Of a stretch of 64,000 nucleotides of DNA, positions 41,607 through 50,810 are shown piece after piece. Each line of letters opens with the position of its first letter. Positions within the stretch are counted from its first letter, which is position 1. A program made the translations under genes and the position numbers. The notes beneath the pieces were generated by a model. It made no database searches. It was not told where the DNA came from and saw only the letters and a list, made by a program, of their open reading frames with translations. The DNA comes from a virus: the IMG/VR virus record IMGVR_UViG_3300025668_000745, positions 20,644 to 84,643 of that record. One strand, 5' to 3'.

Positions 41607-41634
41607 AATGAATACTCCTTGTACTATTATTTAT
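41604..41634 (-). promoter_or_regulatory. Late promoter ATAAATA plus imperfect RBS/AUG-occluding hairpin
   Basis: Minus strand reads ATAAATAATAGTAC-AAGGA-GTATTCATTATG: 10-bp stem with one G-U pair and one bulge. Confidence 0.55.
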
Positions 41635-41690
41635 TCAAATATGTATTATAACTAAACCGATATGCATAATTACTTATAAAGGAAGCAAAA

Positions 41691-42443
41691 ATGGATTCAA
41701 AAACACATGATAAGGACGGTAATCCTTTAAACTTGATGCCTAAGGCAAACAGATTGCATCAAGCAAGTTATTACGATACATGGTTAACTACTCCTGAAAG
41801 ATATGAACCAACTCCTGAAGATATAAAATGCGAACTGCAACTTCAAGCCTTGGGTAATTTTGAGCAGTTGTGTTTCAACTTTAATTACGAAAAGTTTACA
41901 AAAGAACTCGAAAATTTTGAGTTTGTGCCTTACTTGCGTAGAGAAGGTATCACCAATGACCGAGACGGATTAATGTTAGTTGGATTAGAGGGCGATAAGT
42001 CAAACGATAGTTTAAGTAGACCCGAAGCTATTGCTCGTGCTGGCAGACACTTAGAAGAAACAGATTTTACATTTCCTACTGATGCATATATTGGACTAAC
42101 TTCTCTACACGAAGTCTTAGATTATTGGGGTGGATTAGGACGCACAATGATTGTTAAAAGTAACAAGGGAGGCTGGTTCCCACCACATCGAGATGCTCCA
42201 CAACTTACAAGAGATTGTTTTAGAGTTATTGTATTTCTTGGCCCTGCAACAGATTTTGATGCATATGAATGGTACTTGGGAGACGAAAGAAGAATAATTA
42301 TTCCTAATACTGCATACTATGTAGACACACGTAAAGTACACAGAACACATGCTTGGGCAGACGATAGTTATCACTTAGTATTAAATGTTCCAAAAACTTG
42401 GCCTAATGTACTTAAACTTATGAGCAAATTAAGACACTATTGA
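41691..42443 (+). CDS. Fe(II)/2OG dioxygenase (Asp/Asn beta-hydroxylase-like)
   Basis: GGWFPPHRD (HxD); YYVDTRKVH distal His; HLVLNV. Confidence 0.7.
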   Translation: MDSKTHDKDGNPLNLMPKANRLHQASYYDTWLTTPERYEPTPEDIKCELQLQALGNFEQLCFNFNYEKFTKELENFEFVPYLRREGITNDRDGLMLVGLEGDKSNDSLSRPEAIARAGRHLEETDFTFPTDAYIGLTSLHEVLDYWGGLGRTMIVKSNKGGWFPPHRDAPQLTRDCFRVIVFLGPATDFDAYEWYLGDERRIIIPNTAYYVDTRKVHRTHAWADDSYHLVLNVPKTWPNVLKLMSKLRHY

Positions 42444-42444
42444 T

Positions 42445-43152
42445 ATGCGTTCTGAAAGCCAAATCAACTTATTAAAATCACATCATTCAGATCCGTTTTC
42501 ATTATCTAATTTCCTTACATCGCAAGAGGTTGAGGATCTATTAGATTACTATTTTAATAATCAAGACAATGTTATTAAAAAAACAACAGGACCGAGTGTA
42601 CTAAAAATAAAAGATAACTTATTAGATAATATAATAAGCAGACTAAAATTACAAATAGGTGACTTTGATATAAGGTATGCACATTTCTTTGATGTAACCG
42701 GTCCGCATGTAATTCACAATGATGACGAATTTGATTATCCAGAATCGTATAAAGCATTTACAATACCGCTTAAAATATATGGTAATAGTGATGATGTAAA
42801 ATTAGTTATATATGATCAATATTACTACGGAGGCCCTGCTAAATTTTTTAATAATCAAGACACAAGTACTTGGAATGTGCATTATAATCCACCGCTTACT
42901 GATTATACTAATGTTGAAAATACAAATAACAGTGGTATATCAAAAACTGAAAAGGAAGAATATCTTACACACTTGGAAGATAAATGGTTGGAAGGGTTAA
43001 GCATCAAAAGTATGTTAGATTGGAAAATACAAAATGTTTTATGTTTTGACAGTTTACAATTACATTCGTCTACAGATTTTAATGCTAAAGGCATTGAACG
43101 AAAAATAGGATTAAGTATATTTACAGTTTTATCTGATCAAGCAAAAGACTAA
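42445..43152 (+). CDS. Fe(II)/2OG dioxygenase-like protein
   Basis: PHVIHND, FTIPL, FDSLQLHSS..K.GLSIF. Confidence 0.65.
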   Translation: MRSESQINLLKSHHSDPFSLSNFLTSQEVEDLLDYYFNNQDNVIKKTTGPSVLKIKDNLLDNIISRLKLQIGDFDIRYAHFFDVTGPHVIHNDDEFDYPESYKAFTIPLKIYGNSDDVKLVIYDQYYYGGPAKFFNNQDTSTWNVHYNPPLTDYTNVENTNNSGISKTEKEEYLTHLEDKWLEGLSIKSMLDWKIQNVLCFDSLQLHSSTDFNAKGIERKIGLSIFTVLSDQAKD

Positions 43153-44332
43153 CATCTAATTTTTTATTTTTGTAGTCGTTTTCTTTTATTAAGAATTTTT
43201 CTATATCGTTTGATGTATAAGATCCTGTTCCTATAAGACTCCTTAAACTTTTAAGCCAAATACATACATTATTCTTACATGCTTCTGCATGTTCGCCTTT
43301 AGAATTTAATACTATTTGTATTGCTTCGTCGACATATTTTCTAAATTCAATAGGTAAATTTGCTGGACTAAGAACTTTGGGAGTAGTCACCCAGTTATTA
43401 ATAAATCCAAATGGCACATCGACTTCAGTTAAATGATCGTAAACATATTGTATATATAATGGCAAGTGTTTAATACTAAACACATTCGGAGTCATTGCTA
43501 ATATTATATAACTTACTTTTTGGTTAATAAAAAAATTAAAATTCTTATCAAAGACATCCCAGTCAAGATGAAATCTAATATTTTCTGCTACACTACCCAT
43601 AGCTTCATTAGATAATCCAAATGACCATAGCCAATTTGTTCTATCGTTTTTAATTAGTTTTTCAATCTTATGTAATAGTTTGTCACTTGCGCCGCAGTTA
43701 GTAACTATGTGTATTCTAAACTTTCTATCTGCAAGTTTTTCTTCTAATGTATGCAAAAATTTAAAAAATTCTACACTTGCTAATGGCTCGCCCCCTAAGA
43801 TACGCAAATCTAAATATTTAGATCTATCTTTAGTTACAACGTCTAACCAATCTAAAAGAACATCAATATCTTTATTATTATGTTTTAAAAACTTTGCTTC
43901 TCCTCGTTCTTCAGCAATAATACTACTAAACGCTGAACTGCAATATAAACAACTTTGAGTACATGTATTATCAAATGTAAGACCAACAACTCTTAAATAA
44001 TCTAATTCAGGATTGGCTTTAATTTTACTATGTATTCTTGTATTACTTTTTACTTTGCGTTTAGATGTTCCTGAGTTCTTTTCAGCCATCCAGCATTCAT
44101 TACAAGCTGAGTGTTTTTCTTCATTTAAAAAGGCTAATTTTCGATCATGGTGTTCGGAGTTATTAGTAAAAAAGTCCAAAGTTAAATCTTTAGGAAACGA
44201 AACATCTTTGGAATAACAGCACCAAGATATAGATCGATCTCTAAGATTGATATCTACCTCTTCCCAAGGAAGTGAACAAAACATATCGTACTTGTGTATT
44301 GATTTTTGAGCAATATAGTCAGAGCTGGTCAT
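43121..44332 (-). CDS. N-terminal twitch-domain radical SAM protein (inverted orientation)
   Basis: FCSLPW..WCC..CNECW; FDNTCTQSCLYC; GGEP. Start at 44332 or 44338. Confidence 0.85.
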   Translation of the reverse strand: MTSSDYIAQKSIHKYDMFCSLPWEEVDINLRDRSISWCCYSKDVSFPKDLTLDFFTNNSEHHDRKLAFLNEEKHSACNECWMAEKNSGTSKRKVKSNTRIHSKIKANPELDYLRVVGLTFDNTCTQSCLYCSSAFSSIIAEERGEAKFLKHNNKDIDVLLDWLDVVTKDRSKYLDLRILGGEPLASVEFFKFLHTLEEKLADRKFRIHIVTNCGASDKLLHKIEKLIKNDRTNWLWSFGLSNEAMGSVAENIRFHLDWDVFDKNFNFFINQKVSYIILAMTPNVFSIKHLPLYIQYVYDHLTEVDVPFGFINNWVTTPKVLSPANLPIEFRKYVDEAIQIVLNSKGEHAEACKNNVCIWLKSLRSLIGTGSYTSNDIEKFLIKENDYKNKKLDVSLLLDQIKL

Positions 44333-44366
44333 AAACATATTTAGTACACCATAAATACCCTATATG
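44330..44366. promoter_or_regulatory. Back-to-back divergent TAAATA late promoters, each 5-6 nt before an ATG
   Basis: Minus: CTAAATA-TGTTT-ATG(44332). Plus: ATAAATA-CCCTAT-ATG(44364). No SD on either side. Confidence 0.6.
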
Positions 44367-45197
44367 CACGAAACTGAATTAAGAAACATTATAAAGAATC
44401 CTTGGGTACAATGTCCACAAGTTAATAGCGTACAACACTTATTGAAGTCTGTCGAAGTTATTAATTTTGTAAGAGGCAGTGGTGAAGCATCTGCTCGGTT
44501 GGATTATTTAGAAACTTTATACAGAAAATGGGTAAGTGATATAATAGATTTACGTGATTTTAAGTATTGTTATTTTGTTAACGGTGTTACTGATGCAATT
44601 AATCAATGGGTAGCAACCGAAACAAGGACCTGGCAATATTTAAAAGGCGATTACGAATATGCTAAAATGATCGGCGGCGACGGATATTGTGTAGATGACA
44701 TTAATCCTGAACAGTTGTTATATATAAGCAACCCGGAATGTTCTACTGGCGACTTCATTAAACTTAAAGATATACCTAATCCTATAATATTAGATTGTGC
44801 ATATATTGGCAGTACCTTAAAACAACAAATGTCAGTGCCTAATACAACAGAACAAATTTGGTTTAGTTTTTCAAAAGGTTGGGGATTAGTTGGTCAACGT
44901 GCAGGGTTAGTTTTTACAAAACATCCTCATAAAAGTTTACATGTAATGAAACAAGTTGAAGCATGGAATTATACAAGTGTAGAAACAGCAATAGCTATTG
45001 TAGAAAACTATGATATAGACACTGTAGCAAGCGCATACAAGCCCGTACAGCAGCAGTTGTGTGAGAAGTATAACTTAGAGCCCAGTGATTGTTTTTTCAT
45101 TGCTAAGAGTACTGATAAGCGTTTTAAGATACGGCGTAGAAAAGAAGACATTGCTCGATTAGATTTGAGTTCTTTAATGGAGCACAGTAATGCATAA
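44364..45197 (+). CDS. PLP-dependent fold-type I enzyme (aminotransferase class I/II-like, compact)
   Basis: GVTDAI, YISNP..TG, ILDCAY and SFSKGWGLVGQRAG (PLP-lysine motif). Confidence 0.8.
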   Translation: MHETELRNIIKNPWVQCPQVNSVQHLLKSVEVINFVRGSGEASARLDYLETLYRKWVSDIIDLRDFKYCYFVNGVTDAINQWVATETRTWQYLKGDYEYAKMIGGDGYCVDDINPEQLLYISNPECSTGDFIKLKDIPNPIILDCAYIGSTLKQQMSVPNTTEQIWFSFSKGWGLVGQRAGLVFTKHPHKSLHVMKQVEAWNYTSVETAIAIVENYDIDTVASAYKPVQQQLCEKYNLEPSDCFFIAKSTDKRFKIRRRKEDIARLDLSSLMEHSNA

Positions 45198-45828
45198 AAT
45201 TGTAGGGTTGTCGTTTAGTTATGCTGATAACAGTATGCAAAATAGAGGAATGTCTTTATTAGGAAAAGTTATTCCCTTTCATAAAACTTATACTTTAGCA
45301 GATTTTGATATACCCTTAGTAAAAACAAATAAACCAGACGGCGCAAGTCCTCAAGGTGTTAAGGATATGGTAGCAGCATTAGAAGAAGCAGATGCGATAG
45401 TTTTTGGAATATCAGAAATGATAGCTTATCCGTGCGCTTCATTTAAAAATTTTTGTGAATGGTTAGTTATAAATATTAACAACAATGATGATTTGACTAA
45501 AAGTTATTGTATCAGTCATAAGCCGTTAGTAACAACTACATTTACTCCAGGACCACATGCTGGAGATAGACATTGGGAAGTTTCCAACCAACTACTTTTC
45601 CAATTGAATTGTAACATTGAAAAAAATTATGTTTTTAGAGACGCTTGGGAAAACTTGTTGCCTAATAACATAGATTATATACAACAAGAAGCAAAAGAAA
45701 TGTTAGAGTTACTTTCAAAAAAATATAATGATAGCGGCATTGTTGTGCATGATAGAGTGCGCACAATGGGGAAATGGATGAATCAATACGAAGAATGGGA
45801 TAAAGAATGGACTTCTTCAGATCTGTAA
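45190..45828 (+). CDS. Flavodoxin-fold NAD(P)H-dependent FMN reductase-like protein
   Basis: IVGLSFS; ADAIVFGISE..ASFKNFCEW resembles the ADxxVxxxPEY..LKNxxDW motif. Confidence 0.65.
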   Translation: MHKIVGLSFSYADNSMQNRGMSLLGKVIPFHKTYTLADFDIPLVKTNKPDGASPQGVKDMVAALEEADAIVFGISEMIAYPCASFKNFCEWLVININNNDDLTKSYCISHKPLVTTTFTPGPHAGDRHWEVSNQLLFQLNCNIEKNYVFRDAWENLLPNNIDYIQQEAKEMLELLSKKYNDSGIVVHDRVRTMGKWMNQYEEWDKEWTSSDL

Positions 45829-46403
45829 AATTTAAAACTAATATAGACTTTTTCTATGATTGTGCAGAATATATTTCTGAAGATTCTACCTTTAACATAG
45901 ACGATAGTGTTTATATGTGTTGGACTGACGATAATAAAAAATTTATTCCAATACACAATTTTATAGATAAACTAAAAAATAAATTAAATTGTGAAATTAG
46001 TAGAAGTTGTTATACAGTTCAAAGAAGCAAAAAATCTAATTTGCCAATTCATATAGATAAAGATGATTCTATTATAGACAGATCTATTCATGGGAAAATA
46101 TATAGTTTAATTATACCTATTAAAGGTAGTGGCGTTACTAAGTTTTATAATTTGCACTCTAAAGATAACGGCCCTAACAGTATGGATATACACGAAAGAT
46201 ACAATCTATATATAGGAAATGATAATATCGAACAACAAGTGCAGATGCATAGTGCTGTAACAATTGAGCAACCTACAATTTTAAATATTAGCCAACCTCA
46301 TAGTGTTACTGTAGTTACTGCTCCGAGAATTACCTACCATTTAAAATTATTACAAGTTTCAGAACCTATAGATAAAATAGCGGAGATATTAAGTGAAATA
46401 TAA
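45807..46403 (+). CDS. Fe(II)/2OG oxygenase / cupin-like protein
   Basis: LPIHID, LIIPI, ILNISQPHSV..PRIT. Confidence 0.65.
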   Translation: MDFFRSVKFKTNIDFFYDCAEYISEDSTFNIDDSVYMCWTDDNKKFIPIHNFIDKLKNKLNCEISRSCYTVQRSKKSNLPIHIDKDDSIIDRSIHGKIYSLIIPIKGSGVTKFYNLHSKDNGPNSMDIHERYNLYIGNDNIEQQVQMHSAVTIEQPTILNISQPHSVTVVTAPRITYHLKLLQVSEPIDKIAEILSEI

Positions 46404-47901
46404 CGCATTATTGTTAGCAGCAGTTCCAAGACAAAAATCATATTATGCCTCTAAAAACTTTGGTATACATCGTGCTGCTACAGAATTTCGAAATAATAAT
46501 ATAGATACTCAAGTTGTTCATTATTTTAATAGATTTAGTGATAATGAATTAGACAAAATGATAGATAAGTTTTGTAATGACCAAACATCAGTTGTTGGGT
46601 TCAATACAATGTTCTGGGAAAACTATGATCCTGTCGAAAAGCAGCATGTGTTAAAAAAAGCAAAATATATTTGTAATGTTATAAAACAAAAGTATCCCAA
46701 TACAAAACTTATTGCCGGCGGCCCCAGTTGTAGAATATTTTTAAAAGAAGAATTTAACAATTTGATAGATGCAATTTTTGAAGGATTCAGTGAAAACGAC
46801 TTTATTCCGTACATACAAAATAAAATAATTGTACCTTCTAAAACTTACTATAACATTGACGTATATAACAATATACACGGATCGTTTAATTTTACTAACA
46901 GCAATACAATATACCAAAAAAATGATTTTCTCATGCCGTCAGAAACTCCAACATTAGAAGTTGGACGAGGATGTATTTTTAAGTGTAAATTTTGTGCATT
47001 TGCACTTAATGGTAAGAAAAAGTTAGACTATATAAAAGATCCAAAAGTATTAGAAGAAGAATTATTGTATAATTATGAAAATTTTGGATTTACTAATTAC
47101 ATATTAAGTGACGATACATTTAATGATAGTACATATAAAATAGAATTATTACATAAAGTGTTTACTAATCTACCTTTTGATATAAAGTTTAGTTCTTATT
47201 TAAGATTAGATTTACTAAATGCACATCGAGAACAAATACCGTTATTAAAAGAGATGGGACTAATAGGTGCGTTTTTTGGTATAGAAAGTTTTGATAAGAA
47301 AGCCAGCAGCTTAATTGGAAAGGGTATGGATCCTGACATTGCAAAACAAATGTTATTAGATTTAAAAAATACTCACTGGGGCAATCGAATAAAAATTGGT
47401 GTTGGATTGATAACTGGATTACCGTATGAAACATACGAATCGCATGATCGAACTATGGAGTGGATTTTAGATGAAAGTAATACAGTTGACCAAGTTGTGC
47501 CTTTTCCGTTAGGTGTTACTAATCCTAATAATGCAAAACCGCAACCTTGGGAAAGTGAATTTCAAATTAATGCAGAAAAATATGGGTTCAGTTGGCCAAA
47601 CAATGATAGTATACGATGGCATAATAGTATTGGACCAGTAAAAACTTTAGACGAAGCTGAAAGACTATACGAACTTTATTCAGAATGTGTATCTAAAACA
47701 GCTCGATGGAAGCAAGGAGGATTTAATTTACTCAAAGCATATCCGTTAGTAAGTTCTCAAAAAAATGCACCAACCATAGATCAACTTCTTGATATGAATC
47801 GATATGCCTATACTAAGTACATTAAATTAATTGAACAACAGCCTGAAATAGAATTCAATTATGTAAATTCTTACAAAAAGGAAATTTTAAATGCTTTATA
47901 A
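46393..47901 (+). CDS. Class B-like (B12-binding domain) radical SAM protein
   Basis: N-terminal Rossmann-like region with KLIAGGP; EVGRGCIFKCKFC; DDTFN; FGIES; ITGLPYET; GTG start. Confidence 0.8.
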   Translation: MKYNALLLAAVPRQKSYYASKNFGIHRAATEFRNNNIDTQVVHYFNRFSDNELDKMIDKFCNDQTSVVGFNTMFWENYDPVEKQHVLKKAKYICNVIKQKYPNTKLIAGGPSCRIFLKEEFNNLIDAIFEGFSENDFIPYIQNKIIVPSKTYYNIDVYNNIHGSFNFTNSNTIYQKNDFLMPSETPTLEVGRGCIFKCKFCAFALNGKKKLDYIKDPKVLEEELLYNYENFGFTNYILSDDTFNDSTYKIELLHKVFTNLPFDIKFSSYLRLDLLNAHREQIPLLKEMGLIGAFFGIESFDKKASSLIGKGMDPDIAKQMLLDLKNTHWGNRIKIGVGLITGLPYETYESHDRTMEWILDESNTVDQVVPFPLGVTNPNNAKPQPWESEFQINAEKYGFSWPNNDSIRWHNSIGPVKTLDEAERLYELYSECVSKTARWKQGGFNLLKAYPLVSSQKNAPTIDQLLDMNRYAYTKYIKLIEQQPEIEFNYVNSYKKEILNAL

Positions 47902-48298
47902 ACTGATAGAAAACCTGCCAGTAGAATATACTTTTGATAAAGAAGAAAGAATTATTTTATGCGGTGTTCCAGGACCATTTACACCAGGATGCTCTTCGAA
48001 ACACTTGCCTGGTTTTGCAAATAATTTACAAGAATTAAAAGATAAAGGTATTACTAAGGTTGTGTTTATTGCAGTTAGTAATGCATATGTTATGAACGCT
48101 TGGAATGAAAAGTTTGGACATGACGAGATTGATTGTATTGGAGATCCGTACGGAGAATACATTGAAGAAATATCACAAACAATGTGGAACCCTATGTTAG
48201 CAAGAGCATCTAATAGATTTGCTGTATTAATCGAGAATGGTAAAATTATAAAACAGTTTAACGACCCATTTGTTGAAGGTGTACTAAATGACCTTTAA
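47891..48298 (+). CDS. Peroxiredoxin (Prx5/redoxin family)
   Basis: VPGPFTPGCSSKHLPGF peroxidatic motif; VMNAW; RFAVLI. Confidence 0.85.
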   Translation: MLYKLIENLPVEYTFDKEERIILCGVPGPFTPGCSSKHLPGFANNLQELKDKGITKVVFIAVSNAYVMNAWNEKFGHDEIDCIGDPYGEYIEEISQTMWNPMLARASNRFAVLIENGKIIKQFNDPFVEGVLNDL

Positions 48299-49139
48299 AA
48301 CTACACACAATAATTACAGATTAGTTGATAATAATGATGTGCCTTTATATCATTATGACATTGATGATTACACAGCAAGAGAAAATGAATCTCACCAAGA
48401 ACACAAAAATTTAAACTATAAGTCGGCGTATGACGGATATAAAGGCGTAGTATGGACACCGTTAGATCTTCCGTTTTTAGATATAGATTTAGATCACCTT
48501 TGGAACGTTTGGCAAGATGTACATCAATATAAAAAAGAAGGATTGGCACAGCCTTGGTTTGACGAACGACCTGACGATATGAATAGTTCAAGGCATAGTG
48601 TATATACAGATCATGATTATAGAGCGCTAATTTGTTTTAAGAATACAGATTACTATTCTACTAATGTAAAAGGAGAATGGTATCAAGTTATTAGAGATGA
48701 ATTTCCACAAGTAGTTGACTTTTGTGAAAATCATTTACCTTTTGACAATTTAAGATTTGTAGCTTTTGCTGGTAGAGACGAACATGGAGTAGGACCTCAT
48801 TATGATGAAGATTACAAAAATAGACATAGACTTTTTGGACAAGAACCGAGTCAAATACGAATTCGTTGGAGTAATGTAACTACTCCAGAAACTGAACATT
48901 TATACTTTACTAACGATCATGCAAAAACAAGATTGTACCCTATGTTACCTAATGATACAAATGCAATGGCATGGGACGGGCAAGTACACGAACATGGTGC
49001 TGACAAAGGATATCATCCTACTGAAAGAATGATACTCATGCCTATGGGTACATTAAACATTAAAAAATGGCATGACTTGTTAGACAGAAGTATAGAAAAA
49101 TATAAAGATTATGTTATTACTGTGGATCATTTCAAATGA
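48288..49139 (+). CDS. Fe(II)/2OG dioxygenase-like protein
   Basis: VGPHYD; AWDGQVHEHGAD..RMIL. Confidence 0.55.
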   Translation: MTFKTTHNNYRLVDNNDVPLYHYDIDDYTARENESHQEHKNLNYKSAYDGYKGVVWTPLDLPFLDIDLDHLWNVWQDVHQYKKEGLAQPWFDERPDDMNSSRHSVYTDHDYRALICFKNTDYYSTNVKGEWYQVIRDEFPQVVDFCENHLPFDNLRFVAFAGRDEHGVGPHYDEDYKNRHRLFGQEPSQIRIRWSNVTTPETEHLYFTNDHAKTRLYPMLPNDTNAMAWDGQVHEHGADKGYHPTERMILMPMGTLNIKKWHDLLDRSIEKYKDYVITVDHFK

Positions 49140-50059
49140 TTATGAAAGGAGCAAACCTATCTACATTATTTCCTTCTGAAGCAAGTGCAGCAATAGCACA
49201 AGACGGTTATTTAGTTTTACAAAATACTGGCGCTTCACCTGAGGAGTTTGCAGAATGGTTTACAGATTTTGCGTATACACTAAGTCCTGATATATGGTGC
49301 AGTGATAAATCTCATAGTAGTCTATTTTGGAGAGTAACTAACCAAAATATTGATGAAAGAACACAAGGATTGTTTTCAAGCGATGATGTAGATTGGCATA
49401 CTGACTTAGCACCGATTATCGATTCACAAGAAGTTATTGGATTATACGGAAAGACAATAACATTTGATACAGAAACTTGGGTATGTTCAGCAGTTGAATA
49501 TTGGAACAGATTAGATGAAGAAACAAAATCTATGTATAAAGAACTTGTTGTAGAATTGTATCATGCCAGTATAAACAAAGATAAAGAATTATTTGAAACT
49601 AAGTGGCAAGTAGACTGGGACAAAGAATACCCACAAGAAATTATAGACGGTCTGAGAAAAAATAGACAACTAAGTCAAATACAAAATTGTACAAACATAA
49701 GTTTAGACAATGCAAAAAAATTTAATAAACATCGAGGACTTGTTGCAAAATATAATTTTGTTAGTAATCATCCGTTAGGTGCAGATAGTATATTTTTCCA
49801 CCCGCATTTGATTGTAGACTTATATAAAGAAAATCAGTCTATAATACAAGGAAAAGAAATATTTCAAACGATATATAGAGACTTAATAGAAAGCAATAAG
49901 TACACATATAAGCATAGATGGAAAGAAGGTGATATACTGTTAATAGATCAAATTAACACATTACACCGAAGAACAAAAGTTTACGAAGATAAGCCTCGTG
50001 AATTGTTAAGATGTGCAGGATGGTATAAGAACAGGAAACATTATAATTATGTCCTATGA
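49136..50059 (+). CDS. TauD/TfdA-family dioxygenase
   Basis: DWHTD; TWVCS; YKHRWKEGDILLIDQINTLHRR..RELLR. Confidence 0.85.
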   Translation: MIMKGANLSTLFPSEASAAIAQDGYLVLQNTGASPEEFAEWFTDFAYTLSPDIWCSDKSHSSLFWRVTNQNIDERTQGLFSSDDVDWHTDLAPIIDSQEVIGLYGKTITFDTETWVCSAVEYWNRLDEETKSMYKELVVELYHASINKDKELFETKWQVDWDKEYPQEIIDGLRKNRQLSQIQNCTNISLDNAKKFNKHRGLVAKYNFVSNHPLGADSIFFHPHLIVDLYKENQSIIQGKEIFQTIYRDLIESNKYTYKHRWKEGDILLIDQINTLHRRTKVYEDKPRELLRCAGWYKNRKHYNYVL

Positions 50060-50810
50060 TTTAATTTATGTAAACGGTGCATCTTATGAAGCAGGAGCTG
50101 GTTTGTGTCAGCATGAATATTTAACAGATGTAGAATTACAAAAATATCCTGAATGGTTAACTAATTTTCCAAAAATTATGACAGAAGAAAAAATGAAAGA
50201 ATTGTGGAATCTGTATGATAACGGATTAGAAGAAAGAGAAAAGCAGTGTGCCTGGCCTGCACATTTAAGTAGGATGACTGGTATTCCTGTACAAAATGAA
50301 GCTGTAGCAGGAGCCTCAGCTTCAACAACTGCAATTAAAACACTTGAAACAAATATGAAACAACACAAAGGCAAAAAAGTTTTGTATATAATTGGAGTGT
50401 GTCCTAATCAAGGAATTTGGTGGCCAGGTTCTGAAAGAGGAAATGATAGTATTCTTTTAAATCCGTACAGAAAATTTCCTAATACATTTGAAAGATTTAT
50501 TGCAGAACACATACGTGATAATGCTTCTCGAGAACAAGTAGATCATTTATATAACATTTCTTTCAAAGGACTGTATCTTTATCTAAAGGAAAGAAAAAGA
50601 GATTGTTATTTTGTTCACGCTGATTTTGGATTAGCAGACGGATCTTCAGGAAGAGCAAGAAGACCAATAACTGGATACTTAGACGAAATAGCACCAAACA
50701 TTGATCCTACAAAAGATAAAGTACTTACGGTATGCGGACATTATACAGAAGATGTCCATATCGAACTTGCTGAAAGAATAGCAAAGAAAATTGAAAGTGG
50801 CGAAATATGA
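50049..50810 (+). CDS. SGNH hydrolase-like protein
   Basis: IYVNGASYEAG, AWPAHL, NEAVAGAS, CGHYTEDVH. Start placed at ATG 50049. Confidence 0.6.
   Translation: MSYDLIYVNGASYEAGAGLCQHEYLTDVELQKYPEWLTNFPKIMTEEKMKELWNLYDNGLEEREKQCAWPAHLSRMTGIPVQNEAVAGASASTTAIKTLETNMKQHKGKKVLYIIGVCPNQGIWWPGSERGNDSILLNPYRKFPNTFERFIAEHIRDNASREQVDHLYNISFKGLYLYLKERKRDCYFVHADFGLADGSSGRARRPITGYLDEIAPNIDPTKDKVLTVCGHYTEDVHIELAERIAKKIESGEI

Noticed and set aside
40974-47901. Cobamide remodelling module (BluB-like nitroreductase, CobD-like PLP enzyme, FMN reductase)
   Set aside because: Only fold-level resemblance; no BluB- or CobD-specific motifs recognised and no other cob genes present.
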